From Patescibacteria group bacterium (lineage in GTDB: Bacteria; Patescibacteriota; WWE3; UBA101185; UBA10185): a DNA stretch of 64,000 nt. Position 1 is the stretch's first letter, and each line of letters starts with the position of its first letter. Below are positions 19,141-29,321 of this stretch, piece by piece. The position numbers and the translations under genes are program-made. The notes beneath the pieces were generated by a model. That model worked only from the letters and a program-made list of their open reading frames with translations. It did not search any database and was not told the origin of the DNA. The stretch covers positions 452,023-516,022 of the forward strand of contig JBMORU010000001.1 in the NCBI GenBank assembly GCA_049322215.1, written 5' to 3'.

Positions 19141-19248
19141 GTATCAAGTTGTCTAATACAACAGCACATAATTACCCTATAGCTTGTCTAAGTGCTAAAT
19201 ATTGCTATAATAAAGCACTCACAAATATTGAAATACAAGGAGATAAAC

Positions 19249-19488
19249 ATGTTAGATGAATTAGCTGGCTTTCTTTCGTTAGTTAGTGCTTTTAAGCAAG
19301 ACGGAGCAAAAATTGTTCCTCCTGCAGACGCACAAGACATGCAAAACGGAGCAAAGCGTATTCCTTCTGAGGTAACCGATGCGCGACGTGCGGGCAAAAA
19401 CTGTACCTTTCACAGCATTGGTCACATGTCACAGTGGTACTGGGAAATGCCTGACGGTTCGCATTTAATGCACGGCGTTTACGATTAG
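19249..19488 (+). CDS. Orphan protein (SD-led unit)
   Basis: TGC-TATAAT at 19206, AAGGAG SD before ATG 19249, 3' hairpin. Confidence 0.72.
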   Translation: MLDELAGFLSLVSAFKQDGAKIVPPADAQDMQNGAKRIPSEVTDARRAGKNCTFHSIGHMSQWYWEMPDGSHLMHGVYD

Positions 19489-19493
19489 CCTTC

Positions 19494-19540
19494 AAGGGAT
19501 GATGTACCATAATTTTTTTGTACATTATCCCTTTATTTTT
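19494..19540 (+). terminator. Long 3' hairpin/terminator
   Basis: aagggatgatgtac ... gtacattatccctt then T-rich run. Confidence 0.7.
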
Positions 19541-20110
19541 ATGAGTCAAAATACAGTACGAAAAAAACCAAGATTAAATCATAAGTTTCGATTTCAGCTT
19601 TTGCATGAATGGCTTGTAGAAACTTTTGAACCCTGCAATGCTGCAGATATTGGCGGTGGTAAGGGTCTTTTATCTTATTTGCTTATTAACAGTGGTTGGA
19701 ATTCTACGGTTATTGACCCCATACATCAGCTTTTACCTTGGAAATTTAGAGACATAAAAAATAATCAACGTATAAAACTTACTTATGAAGAAAGAAAGAT
19801 TGTTCCACGTGTAAATGCTCCGTTTGAAGAAGAAATGGCAAAAGATTATGATTTGCTAATTGGTTTGCATGCGCATGGGTGTAACATGAAAATTATAAAT
19901 GCATGTAGCACCTATAAAAAAGATTTCGTATTGCTGCCTTGTTGCGTAATTGACGAACCTATTATAAAAGAGCCGGGTATAAATTGGTTAAATTCTTTGG
20001 TTGATTACGGCATTGACATGGGATTTAATGTTAAAAAGACTAAACTAAACTTTGCAGGCCAAAGAACAGTAATTTATTCGGATAAATATTTGAAAAAGAA
20101 AAATGTCTAA
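19541..20110 (+). CDS. Putative SAM-dependent methyltransferase
   Basis: AADIGGGKGLLS, LIGLHAHGC, LLPCC motifs. Confidence 0.75.
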   Translation: MSQNTVRKKPRLNHKFRFQLLHEWLVETFEPCNAADIGGGKGLLSYLLINSGWNSTVIDPIHQLLPWKFRDIKNNQRIKLTYEERKIVPRVNAPFEEEMAKDYDLLIGLHAHGCNMKIINACSTYKKDFVLLPCCVIDEPIIKEPGINWLNSLVDYGIDMGFNVKKTKLNFAGQRTVIYSDKYLKKKNV

Positions 20111-21059
20111 AGAAGAACAATTTTTAAAACGAATGGCTTCGCTTCTTAACGTTTCTGAAAGTAAAGCAAGAGAGTTGTTTTCCCAAGAAAGAAAAAGTGT
20201 ATTAAGATTAAACACCTTAAAAGTAGCCAATCCTTCCACCTTATTAATAAGCCTAAATAGTATTGCAAAGCTCGAACCAATTCCTTGGTGTGCAAATGCG
20301 TATTTTATTGTAGATGGTAAATATGAGCTAACTAAATCTACCGAATATGCTCATGGGCTTTTTTACCTTTTGAATGCTTCAAGTTTAATTCCCCCCTTAG
20401 TTTTAGATCCTAAACCTGGTGACGTAATTTTAGATATGTGTGCTGCCCCTGGTGGAAAAACGCTGCATATAGCTGAATTAAGCCACAACAAAGCTTTTAT
20501 TTATGCAAACGATGAATCTTCGGCACGCATGGGAATAATGAAGGGTTTAGTTAAAAAACATGGCGCTGAAGTTTTACATTTTATGACAGTACCAGCACAG
20601 TTTTTAACTTCAAACACAAAACAAAAATTCGATAAAATTTTGCTAGACGCTCCTTGCAGTGGAGAAGGTTTATTAAGCTTAAATTCTTCGGAGCCAATGC
20701 GCTACTGGAGTACTTCAAAAATAAAAAGATTAGCAAAACTTCAAAAGAGAATAATTTTACAAGCCTTTGATTTGCTTTTACCGGGGGGAACTTTAGTTTA
20801 TTCAACATGCACACTTGCACCAGAAGAAAACGAAGAAGTTGTTCAATACTTGCTAGAAAACAGACCAGCTGCTTATATAACCGAAATTAATTTACAATTA
20901 CCTAATGTGCAAAAAGCTATAACCGCATGGAATGACACTAACCTAAAAGTCGATTTAAACAAAGCAATTAGGGTCATTCCTAGTGACTATATGGAAGGGT
21001 TTTTTGTTTGTAAGATAAATAAAAAAACCAAAAGCCCTAGTATTGAAACCCATAGTTAG
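20103..21059 (+). CDS. RsmB/RsmF/NOP2-family RNA m5C methyltransferase
   Basis: LDMCAAPGGKT, ILLDAPCSGEG, VYSTCTLAPEENE. Confidence 0.95.
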   Translation: MSKEEQFLKRMASLLNVSESKARELFSQERKSVLRLNTLKVANPSTLLISLNSIAKLEPIPWCANAYFIVDGKYELTKSTEYAHGLFYLLNASSLIPPLVLDPKPGDVILDMCAAPGGKTLHIAELSHNKAFIYANDESSARMGIMKGLVKKHGAEVLHFMTVPAQFLTSNTKQKFDKILLDAPCSGEGLLSLNSSEPMRYWSTSKIKRLAKLQKRIILQAFDLLLPGGTLVYSTCTLAPEENEEVVQYLLENRPAAYITEINLQLPNVQKAITAWNDTNLKVDLNKAIRVIPSDYMEGFFVCKINKKTKSPSIETHS

Positions 21060-21113
21060 TTTGATATAATCCCTAAGACGTGTAGTGAACAAAAAATAAT
21101 AAAGGAGATCAAA

Positions 21114-21959
21114 ATGACAACAGTTTCATCTACAACGCTGCTTGATGTTTCAATGCTTTTAGAGTTTGGTGAATTATTGGCTACAGTGGCTGATATTTCA
21201 CTTTATGTACATGTAGAACAGCTTCGTACCGGGCGCATGCAGGCTACAAATGCAAAAGGTGTTTGGTTAAACGAGCCTTTGGCCTTGGCTCAAAATTATC
21301 CTGAACTTTCTACAGCACCTTTAGTGGCTCGTGTGAAGTCTGGAGAGCTATTGGTTGCCTCAAAAGGTCATCCTCAATATGAAGCCATGTTGCTAACGCC
21401 TTTGATTTCACGTGAAAAACGAGGCTCAGGTTGGGCAGGTGGTGCTATGTACGGTACTACTTTGGTGGGTGCTAGTAAGCTTGCTGCTTTGCAAGATAAA
21501 ATGTTTGCGGCAGTCTTGGCTTATGCGTCTATGGATATGTACTTTGACTTGCATCACTTTGGTATGAGGTATTCTTCACGGGGTGCCTGGGAACAAGTAG
21601 TAAATACGCTTTTAAAGCTTGAGCCTGACCGCACTTGGGTTCTTCCTTCTGATGATCATTTGCGTGTTTATAATCTTGTTGGGCAGAATCGGCGAGGCGC
21701 CTCATACTTTGTTGAGCACCAACTGTTTGAAAATTCGTTAGAAACGCATGGGTCAGGTATTCATTGGGATTTTATGGTTTCGGATCCTGATCATTTTTTG
21801 CGCATTCTGGCTTTGGCTTTTGGTGTTGAACCAGTAGTTTGGGGAGAGCACGCTAAAGATCCATATGGAATGGTTAAGCTTCCTGCAATTGAGGGTCAAA
21901 TTCCATGGATGGTAATGGCGCGTTCATACAAAAACCCTTGGGTTCCGGAAGCAGACTAA
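21114..21959 (+). CDS. Orphan protein, C-terminal half possibly VOC/glyoxalase-like (SD-led unit)
   Basis: AAAGGAG SD, TGA-TATAAT promoter; LHHFGMRY...VEHQLF...IHWDF spacing suggests metal ligands (tentative). Confidence 0.7.
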   Translation: MTTVSSTTLLDVSMLLEFGELLATVADISLYVHVEQLRTGRMQATNAKGVWLNEPLALAQNYPELSTAPLVARVKSGELLVASKGHPQYEAMLLTPLISREKRGSGWAGGAMYGTTLVGASKLAALQDKMFAAVLAYASMDMYFDLHHFGMRYSSRGAWEQVVNTLLKLEPDRTWVLPSDDHLRVYNLVGQNRRGASYFVEHQLFENSLETHGSGIHWDFMVSDPDHFLRILALAFGVEPVVWGEHAKDPYGMVKLPAIEGQIPWMVMARSYKNPWVPEAD

Positions 21960-21967
21960 TGTAAACA

Positions 21968-22015
21968 TAGGGAACAGGTTTATTAATTCTTTTAGTAAAC
22001 TTGTTCCCTAATTTT
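21968..22015 (+). terminator. Long 3' hairpin
   Basis: tagggaacaggtttatta ... tagtaaacttgttcccta. Confidence 0.7.
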
Positions 22016-22080
22016 CTATGGGCTATGTTATAATCTTTTTTAACAAATCCAACATTTAAATAACAAATAAGGAGACAAAA

Positions 22081-22785
22081 ATGACTAAAGAACGTGAGTA
22101 TTTTGAGCGAATTCAATTGATTGGTTGGGTTGTTTACGTGGTGAGTGAAGTTTTGAGTTCGGCTTGGGAAGTCTCTGGCGTATTTTTACTAGGGGATTCA
22201 ATTATTGAATGGACTATTGAAGTAGGCTTGGTTGCCCCTATTCTACTGATTTTGGTTGGAATTCTTTTATGGTCCAGCAAAAGTGATCGTCCTAGTCGCA
22301 AAAAACATTACGATGGTGCTTTTCTACGAGTTGTTTTGCTTTTGATGGCAGGCATTGTTGCTAGCATTCTTGGCGATAATATTCCTGAAGCATGGTATTT
22401 CACGCCGAATGTTTTTTGGACGCTCATCGCTAACTTAAACGGTTTGATTCAGTTTATCTGTTTCATTCTGCTTTTAGCGCCCTCTCCTGAGTGGTACGGT
22501 TGGTATCAGCCCTCTGATTCCCCAGGAGACTATACGTGGCATGATTTGGCGAAGCTTGCAGCAAACGGCAATTTTCCAGTTAGAGTTGCTACTCCAGTAA
22601 ACAACCCTTGGTTACGCGGCCTAGGTTGGAATTTTACTGTTGGTGTTATGGGCAATCTTAAGTTGGTAGAAGACGGCAAAAACCATTGGTTGTTTAAACA
22701 CCCCGGATTTGATGGAGGTACTTTTCAGCCTAGCAAATATGCTGATTCATCAACATACAACCGTTACTTAATTACCGAGAAGTAA
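22081..22785 (+). CDS. Orphan membrane protein (SD-led unit)
   Basis: About four TM helices then soluble domain; TAAGGAG SD; TGT-TATAAT at 22029. Confidence 0.75.
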   Translation: MTKEREYFERIQLIGWVVYVVSEVLSSAWEVSGVFLLGDSIIEWTIEVGLVAPILLILVGILLWSSKSDRPSRKKHYDGAFLRVVLLLMAGIVASILGDNIPEAWYFTPNVFWTLIANLNGLIQFICFILLLAPSPEWYGWYQPSDSPGDYTWHDLAKLAANGNFPVRVATPVNNPWLRGLGWNFTVGVMGNLKLVEDGKNHWLFKHPGFDGGTFQPSKYADSSTYNRYLITEK

Positions 22786-22790
22786 CCTTT

Positions 22791-22834
22791 AAGGCACATA
22801 TATTGTTGTTTAAGCAATATATGTGCTTTTTTTT
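22791..22834 (+). terminator. Long 3' hairpin/terminator
   Basis: aaggcacatatattg ... caatatatgtgcttt then T run. Confidence 0.8.
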
Positions 22835-22876
22835 AAAAAAAATGCCACAAAAACTAATCAAAGCGTTTGTGGCATG
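22835..22876 (-). terminator. thyA terminator
   Basis: atgccacaaa ... tttgtggcat followed by T run on minus strand. Confidence 0.7.
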
Positions 22877-22881
22877 TACTG

Positions 22882-23691
22882 TTACACTGCAATGGGCACA
22901 TTTTTAAAATTTGGATGTGCTATGTAGTCTCGTAGTTCAAAACTTTCCAGTGTGAAGTCATCAATTCCTCTAATAGTTGGATCAATCCAAAGATTAGGTA
23001 ATGGGTATGGTTTTCTTCCCAGCTGTATATCTACAAACTCTAAGTGATTCAAGTAAATATGCGTATCCCCTAAAATGTGAGTAAATATACCGGGCTTGTA
23101 TCCACATATTTGGGCAATCATCATGTTTAGGGCAGCGTACGAAGCAATGTTAAAGGGTAACCCTAAAAGCATGTCCACTGACCGTTGATACCCTTGTAAA
23201 TCCAAATAAGTGCCTGTTGCTGTTTTTCTTACGTAAAACTGGAAAAACAAGTGGCATGGTTGTAACGCCATTTGTTTAAGCTGTCCCACGTTCCAGGCGC
23301 TTACCAAATGTCTACGACTTGCCGGGCTGTACTGTAATGACTCAATTACCCCCGCTATTTGGTCTACAGAGCCATCTGGTGTTGGCCACGATCTCCATTG
23401 ATATCCATAAACAGGCCCCAACTCTCCGTTTTCATCTGCCCATTCATCCCAAATAGTAATTCCTTGCTCTTTAAGCCACTTAATATTGGTGCTGCCTTGT
23501 AAAAACCAAAGTAGCTCACCTATGATGCCTTTAAACCAAAGTTTTTTCGTTGTTACTGCAGGAAACCCAGCTTGCAAGTCAAACACTAATTTCTCTGCAA
23601 ACAACGATAATGTTCCTACACCTGTTCTATCATTTTCTACTAATTGACCCTGCTCTCTAACTTTTCTGAGAAGATCAAGATACTGGTACAT
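22882..23691 (-). CDS. thyA: Thymidylate synthase
   Basis: [52 protein letters not shown]. Confidence 0.98.
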   Translation of the reverse strand: MYQYLDLLRKVREQGQLVENDRTGVGTLSLFAEKLVFDLQAGFPAVTTKKLWFKGIIGELLWFLQGSTNIKWLKEQGITIWDEWADENGELGPVYGYQWRSWPTPDGSVDQIAGVIESLQYSPASRRHLVSAWNVGQLKQMALQPCHLFFQFYVRKTATGTYLDLQGYQRSVDMLLGLPFNIASYAALNMMIAQICGYKPGIFTHILGDTHIYLNHLEFVDIQLGRKPYPLPNLWIDPTIRGIDDFTLESFELRDYIAHPNFKNVPIAV

Positions 23692-23761
23692 TTAACTCTC
23701 CTTTATTTGGGATTTATTTGGGTTATTATATTTTTACGTTTTATGAGGACGCTAGTCAACC

Positions 23762-25663
23762 TTATATTTTTGATTTGTTAACCCCCAATTTTGTTAATTC
23801 TGAATAACACTCGCTTATATCTTTATTTAGTATGAATTCATGAAATGTTTGAGTGTTGTAGTTTCGTCCTGATTCAAGTAGTAGCCATAAAAACATGGCG
23901 CGAGCATCTTTAGTTTGCTCCCAGGTTTCGCCAAACCTTTGTTTAAATGCTGATGGCATATCAATTTGGCTATTTTTCTGTTTTTTTTCTGAATGGTTTC
24001 TTTCGGCTTCTGATTCCACTTCCTTTACTATATATCTTTTCATGTACACAAGGCCGTCGTCAGGGTTATATGGGTGTAAATAGCGTAGTCCCGAGGGAAC
24101 TCTTCTTGTTGTTTTTAGCCCTAGTGTTTCAATTTCATCAGTTTTGTCTTCAAACTTCTGTTTTAGTTCCCAAAGCATTCTCTCAGTTAAGTATTGGTGT
24201 CCCTCCTTCAACCAGTTATCAAATATTTTGCGCACACCTAATTGTACAAGTGCAAATGGGACTTGTGCCCTAATAGTTATTCCGGTCATAAAATTGGGAA
24301 ACTCTTCACCTTTGAATTGTTTTTTATATGGCAAGTGCTTGTCTTTATAAAACTGATGTTCCAGTAGCTGAGAAAAGTCTTCCATTACCGATGAAGGTAC
24401 TCTATCTTGCGCACCTTTTTCTAGTATGTTGTGTTCCTCTCCTAAGCTTAAAATTATTCTATGTAAAGCATGGGCTGTTTCGTGTGCAAAAACTGGCAAG
24501 TATTCATCTTTCATCAGTACTCTTGGTGTCATAACAATTGCGTTTACTTGTAAGCCTTTAGTGTTTTTTGTCGCAGATTGAAATGCGCGTGTTGTAGCAG
24601 AGGGATGTGTTGGGTTAAACAATACACTTCTAGGTGAGTCTACCTTCGCAAGAGGAAATAGTTTATATACTTCTTTTTTACACGCATCAATCATCTTTTC
24701 AATTTCTGCAAGATTTCTTAATTTTTTAGGGTATTTTTTTCGGGTAGCTTCTTCGGCAAATAAATCATCAAATAAAATATAGCCCTGCTCTTTGTACTTT
24801 TTAAAACTTTCGGGTAAGTCGTCTTTCATATGTTTTTCAAGTTCACTTACATGATTTTTATCGTTTTGAAATGCAAGTAAATTTCTTTTTACTACTTCGT
24901 ATTTTGGTAAATCATTTATTTGTAAGAATTCATCAACATTTAATCCTATGTAGTGGATTTTTTTCCATACCTCCCAGGCAAGTTGAACATCTGAAATTAG
25001 CAATGTTAGATCTCTTCTTAAAACATCAAAAATACCCTGAATATCTTTTCTTAATTCAACTGGAACATCACAGTTAGAATAGTAGTTAGATAAAACGCTT
25101 ACGCGTCCTTCGCTTATTTCAAATATTTTGTTTCTAAGTTTTTTGTAGTCTTTGTTTGCAAAGTTGGCATACTCTTTTATTGCAAATTCTAATCTAGTTA
25201 AATTTATTATTGTTGGTTCAATTTCTCCGTTATCGCGTTGTTGAGCAGTTCTACCATAGTATTCGTCACCTCTACGCAAATCGTCTAAGTCATATTTTGC
25301 GTTTAAAGCACACTTCAACAAAGTAGAAATTCCTACTTTTAATTTGTTTTTATATTCTGAATCTTCCAACGTTTTATAGTATGCATAGGAATCTTTAAGT
25401 AATTCTATTATTGTTTCAAAACTTTTGTTTATATCTGAGTTAAACCCCAATTTTGATTTATATGGTTTTCTTTCAGGATGTTCAGAAAACTCTTTCCACT
25501 CCTTTAAATTCATAACGGTATCGTAGCGTATGCTGTTATAGTCCCATGTACTTTCAGTAGTATTTATTAAATCTGTGTGCAATTCAAGCCATTTTTCATT
25601 AAAGTTTGTTGATTTGGTTTTTTCCAAATGCGTTTGATACTTTTTTGATAGTTTACTTTTCAT
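23762..25663 (-). CDS. Putative gluzincin-type zinc metallopeptidase
   Basis: FAHETAHALH (HExxH) followed by SSVMEDFSQLLE, like the third-ligand helix of M3/M32 peptidases; TATACT 6 nt before ATG 25663. Confidence 0.6.
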   Translation of the reverse strand: MKSKLSKKYQTHLEKTKSTNFNEKWLELHTDLINTTESTWDYNSIRYDTVMNLKEWKEFSEHPERKPYKSKLGFNSDINKSFETIIELLKDSYAYYKTLEDSEYKNKLKVGISTLLKCALNAKYDLDDLRRGDEYYGRTAQQRDNGEIEPTIINLTRLEFAIKEYANFANKDYKKLRNKIFEISEGRVSVLSNYYSNCDVPVELRKDIQGIFDVLRRDLTLLISDVQLAWEVWKKIHYIGLNVDEFLQINDLPKYEVVKRNLLAFQNDKNHVSELEKHMKDDLPESFKKYKEQGYILFDDLFAEEATRKKYPKKLRNLAEIEKMIDACKKEVYKLFPLAKVDSPRSVLFNPTHPSATTRAFQSATKNTKGLQVNAIVMTPRVLMKDEYLPVFAHETAHALHRIILSLGEEHNILEKGAQDRVPSSVMEDFSQLLEHQFYKDKHLPYKKQFKGEEFPNFMTGITIRAQVPFALVQLGVRKIFDNWLKEGHQYLTERMLWELKQKFEDKTDEIETLGLKTTRRVPSGLRYLHPYNPDDGLVYMKRYIVKEVESEAERNHSEKKQKNSQIDMPSAFKQRFGETWEQTKDARAMFLWLLLESGRNYNTQTFHEFILNKDISECYSELTKLGVNKSKI

Positions 25664-25686
25664 GTTGCAAGTATATAACATAGTTT

Positions 25687-26505
25687 ATGAGTAGTTTCGA
25701 TCTTAAAATAAGTAAATTGCAAAAAAATCCTGAATCTAAGGTATTAGAAAAGGGTTATATCAATATTTACTCAAGTCTGAATTCTAAGGAACGTAGGCAA
25801 ATTTTTTATAAAGAGCTTTATAAAAGGCAACATTCTGATTGGGATGAAACAATGGTTTTTTTGTCAGAATATTTTAAAAAGCTATTTGTGGGTAAAGAAC
25901 ATGTAACCGTGCTAGATGCCGGTTGTGGCAATGGTAACTTTGTAATAGATGAGAACCGTGAGCTAATTTCATGGGCAGTAGGTTTAGACGTTAAGCCAGA
26001 GTTTACTTCAAAAAACATTTGCCTTGATCAAATTGAATATGGTTCATTAAATACTATTCCGTTTGAAAATAACTCTTTTGACAGTGTAATCAGCCTTTGG
26101 GTATTAGAGCACATACATAATGCCAACAACACTTTTAAAGAAATAAACAGAGTACTTAAGTTAAATGGAGTTTTTTTGTTTGCTACCCCAAACAAAAATT
26201 ATCTTCCCTTACGTTTGCTTGATCTCTTAAAGTCTTCAAAAATTAATCATACTTTAAACCGAAGTTTGTTTGGTAGGGAAGCTAAAGAGGTATTTGAAGC
26301 TTATTACGAAGCAAACTCTCTAAAAACACTCAATCATTTAGCCGAAAAAAATGGTTTTTCTGTTGAAGTTTTAAAACTTAATTACGATCCAGGATATACC
26401 TCGTTTAATAAGTTATTGTATGAACTATTTTCTAAATTAAGCAAATTCTCTATTTTTCAACCTCACATAATTGGTGTACTAAGGAAAACTTCTAACAGTA
26501 GATAG
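25687..26505 (+). CDS. Class I SAM-dependent methyltransferase
   Basis: VLDAGCGNG, IPFENNSFD, VLEHI, EINRVLK. Confidence 0.92.
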   Translation: MSSFDLKISKLQKNPESKVLEKGYINIYSSLNSKERRQIFYKELYKRQHSDWDETMVFLSEYFKKLFVGKEHVTVLDAGCGNGNFVIDENRELISWAVGLDVKPEFTSKNICLDQIEYGSLNTIPFENNSFDSVISLWVLEHIHNANNTFKEINRVLKLNGVFLFATPNKNYLPLRLLDLLKSSKINHTLNRSLFGREAKEVFEAYYEANSLKTLNHLAEKNGFSVEVLKLNYDPGYTSFNKLLYELFSKLSKFSIFQPHIIGVLRKTSNSR

Positions 26506-26520
26506 TGCAACTATCGTTGT

Positions 26521-26549
26521 TTGACACAAATCCCCTTTTTTGATAACAT
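26521..26549 (+). promoter_or_regulatory. sigma70 promoter upstream of greA leader
   Basis: TTGACA-17-TAACAT with extended TG. Confidence 0.8.
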
Positions 26550-26713
26550 CCACTAGTTGTGATAGTTAATTACTAAAAATTTCCCCGGCAATATGTGGGG
26601 GTTTTTCTTTTTGTGCCGAATATTTCGGTAAAGTGAAAGGCTCTACCACTCCAGGGTATATTATTTTATGTGCCCCCTTTATACCTCGAGTTTAAATGTT
26701 ATTGAACTAGTGG
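26550..26713 (+). ncRNA. Candidate structured RNA (greA attenuator leader or 6S-like RNA)
   Basis: Ends complementary (ccactagtt/aactagtgg); nested helices around tgccgaa-tat-ttcggta; alternative terminator-like hairpin with T tract at 26583-26612. Confidence 0.45.
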
Positions 26714-26743
26714 TGTTTTGTGTGGCAAATTACTTAAGGAAAT

Positions 26744-27199
26744 ATGAGTGACATAGTATATCTAACAAAACAAGGATTAGAAGAATTAAAAAAAGAGCTT
26801 AATCAGCTTGTGGATAAAAGACCAGAAGTTGCAAAGCGCATTAAAACAGCTCGCGACATGGGTGATATATCTGAAAATGCTGAATATGTTGCAGCTCGTG
26901 AAGAACAGGCTTTCGTAGAAGGTCGTATTGCTGAACTTGAAGATATTATTAAGAATTCCAAAGTCAGTGAACAAAAGCCCGGTGACGGTATTTACGTGGG
27001 TGCTAAAGTAGTACTTCATATAGAAGGTGACGAAGAAACCTTTCATATAGTGGGTGCTCCTGAAGCAAATCCTTCTGCAAGAAAGATTTCGCACGAATCT
27101 CCTTTAGGTTCTGCTTTGTTAGGTAAAAAAATAGGAGAAAAAGTAGAAGTAGAAGCTCCTGTAGGTAAGCTTGTTTACACAATTTTATCTATAGAGTAA
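26744..27199 (+). CDS. greA: Transcription elongation factor GreA
   Basis: GDISENAEY, EQAFVEGRI, ISHESPLGSALLG. Confidence 0.97.
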   Translation: MSDIVYLTKQGLEELKKELNQLVDKRPEVAKRIKTARDMGDISENAEYVAAREEQAFVEGRIAELEDIIKNSKVSEQKPGDGIYVGAKVVLHIEGDEETFHIVGAPEANPSARKISHESPLGSALLGKKIGEKVEVEAPVGKLVYTILSIE

Positions 27200-27229
27200 G
27201 ATCGGCTTAGTTAACAACTAAATAATAAA

Positions 27230-27549
27230 GGCTTTGAAAAAGACAAGTAGTTATAAGCAGAAGCTATAAAGGACTAAATGTCCCGAGAGAGCGGCGTTAG
27301 GGTGAAAGTGTCGCATAGAAGAACTAATAATGAAAAGACTTTTAGCTGTTGGAAGAAAAGTGCTTTGCACTTAGTAGACCCAAACGGGGGCGCCCGTAAT
27401 AGCGCTACACTGTGTCGGTGAAAACTGGAGCAGTTAATAAGGTTTGGCTGGCAACAGTCGAATAAATTGAGGTGGTAACACGACCTTTAATAAAGGATCG
27501 TCCTCATTTGGAAGCAATTATTTGTTTTCAGGTGAGGGCGATTTTTTTT
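27230..27549 (+). promoter_or_regulatory. T-box riboswitch, Lys (AAG) specifier, transcriptional
   Basis: Stem I with AGTA/GAA S-turn, GAGAG bulge, GGTGAAAG loop, GAA-AAG-A at 27332-27338; Stem II S-turn; CCCGTAAT; antiterminator TGAGG-TGGTAAC-ACGA...TCGT-CCTCA; terminator with T8. Confidence 0.92.
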
Positions 27550-27587
27550 GTCTTAACTACAACAACAAAAAAATAAGGAGATGAATC

Positions 27588-28172
27588 ATGAATGACTTAA
27601 AGCAAAGCCTTTTAAATAAAAAGGTAGTGTATTCAGGCAGTGAACTAATTTTTATTCACCGCTGGTTAGTAAGTTTAATTTTATCGGCATATACCAGAAG
27701 GGCTAATAACCGGGGAGAGCAAATATTAGTGCAAAATCCATTCAGAATAAACATGCAGCTTAAAAAAGGCTTAAGCGTGCTCATTTTGGTTTATGGGTTT
27801 CCTATTGGTTATTTAACTACTTACGATTTAGGTGTTGATAAGCGCAATAGACGTTGGTGGGAAGTTGGTACTGGCTATGTTCCAAGACCTTTTCGTGGTT
27901 TTGGTTTGGGTCATGTTTTATATGATGGCGCAGCTCAAAGGCATAAAAAAGATGTACTTGTTGGTACTACAAAAAATCCTGTAGCTTTGCATTTAAGTGT
28001 GACTGCTGGGTTTAAAGTAGAATCTTTTGCCAAAGTCCCTGCAGTTATTCGCAAAAGTTTATGTTATGAGGCGCCTTGTTTTGTAGTTAGTAGCGCTTGC
28101 TCCGGGTGTTGCAAATCTGAGCATAACCTGAATGGTACTTGTTATGCTCGTGTGCGTTGGCCGGTAATGTAA
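27588..28172 (+). CDS. GNAT-family acetyltransferase with Cys-rich tail (SD-led unit)
   Basis: EVGTGYVPRPFRGFGLGHVL acetyl-CoA motif A; AGF motif B; TAAGGAG SD. Confidence 0.8.
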   Translation: MNDLKQSLLNKKVVYSGSELIFIHRWLVSLILSAYTRRANNRGEQILVQNPFRINMQLKKGLSVLILVYGFPIGYLTTYDLGVDKRNRRWWEVGTGYVPRPFRGFGLGHVLYDGAAQRHKKDVLVGTTKNPVALHLSVTAGFKVESFAKVPAVIRKSLCYEAPCFVVSSACSGCCKSEHNLNGTCYARVRWPVM

Positions 28173-28182
28173 AGTTTATATA

Positions 28183-28222
28183 TGCAGAAACGAAATTTAT
28201 TCAAGTAAATTCCGTTTCTGCA
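28183..28222 (+). other. Long 3' hairpin without U tract
   Basis: tgcagaaacg-aaattta ... taaattc-cgtttctgca. Confidence 0.65.
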
Positions 28223-28236
28223 CCACACAATACAAA

Positions 28237-29313
28237 ATGATTAATGAAAAAAGATTACTTAATACATTCTTAAAAATAGTAAGCATTGATAGCCCATCTG
28301 GGTTTGAGCAGGGTATGGTTGCTTATGTAAGTGATTATTTAAATTCATTAAAATACAAGATTCAAATCGATTCTTATGGAAATTTGATTTGCAAAATTCC
28401 AGGAGAAAAAAATTCTACCCTTTTACTTACAGCTCATTTAGATACCGTTGAGCCCGGATGCGGAATAATTCCACTAGTAGAAGACGGCGTTGTAAAAAGT
28501 GTAGGTAATACTATTTTAGGTGCAGATAACAAAGTTGGTGTGGCTTGCTTACTAGAGGTAGCCCATACAATAAGCGAAAACAATATTGAGCATCCCAGCC
28601 TAGAACTTGTTTTTACCTTGTCTGAAGAGGTTGGAAACTACGGTGCCTTAAACCTAAATTACTCTTTACTAACTGCAAAAGAAGGTTTTTCATTTGATGG
28701 TAGTGACACATTTGGTGCTATCACAGTAGCTTCTCCTTTTTATAACAGGTTTGATATTTCTTTAGAAGGTACTGCAAGTCATGCAGGTAAACCCGAGGGA
28801 GCTAATAATGTAATTATGCCATTATTAAATGTCCTTAATTCTATTAACTTAGGTAGGATAACAGACAACACGCTATGTAACATAGGTGTTGTAGCCTTAG
28901 GTACTACTCGAAACACTGTTCCAGGTAAAGTTGAAGTAAAGGGTGAGGTTAGAAGTTATACAGAAGCTGAGTTAAATAAATATACAGATTTAATAGTTGG
29001 CTATTTTCAAAGTAGTGCTCAAAAGTTTAATGCTACTGTTAGTTGTGATGTGGTTAGAGAAAATGGTGGGTTTAAACTTTCGGAATCAGACAGACTACTA
29101 AGTAAAGGAGTTGCAACTCTTGAAAAACTCAACATAAAACCAATATTACATGAGTCTACAGGATGTTATGATGCGAATATATTTTTCGACCATGGAATTA
29201 AAGTATTAAATTTTAGTAACGGTTCAAAAAATAATCACACAATTGAAGAAGAAGTTTCGGTTGAAAACTTAAGCTTAACTGCTAAACTTGCATTCAATCT
29301 TGTGTTATCTTAG
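28237..29313 (+). CDS. M20 family peptidase (PepT-like)
   Basis: TAHLDTVEPG, LGADNK, LSEEVG, SHAG, NHTIEE. Confidence 0.92.
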   Translation: MINEKRLLNTFLKIVSIDSPSGFEQGMVAYVSDYLNSLKYKIQIDSYGNLICKIPGEKNSTLLLTAHLDTVEPGCGIIPLVEDGVVKSVGNTILGADNKVGVACLLEVAHTISENNIEHPSLELVFTLSEEVGNYGALNLNYSLLTAKEGFSFDGSDTFGAITVASPFYNRFDISLEGTASHAGKPEGANNVIMPLLNVLNSINLGRITDNTLCNIGVVALGTTRNTVPGKVEVKGEVRSYTEAELNKYTDLIVGYFQSSAQKFNATVSCDVVRENGGFKLSESDRLLSKGVATLEKLNIKPILHESTGCYDANIFFDHGIKVLNFSNGSKNNHTIEEEVSVENLSLTAKLAFNLVLS

Positions 29314-29321
29314 AAAAAGTT

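Noticed and set aside
16790-23691. Orphan-rich stretch with thyA as a prophage
   Set aside because: No structural, terminase or integrase genes; orphans alternate with ordinary resident genes
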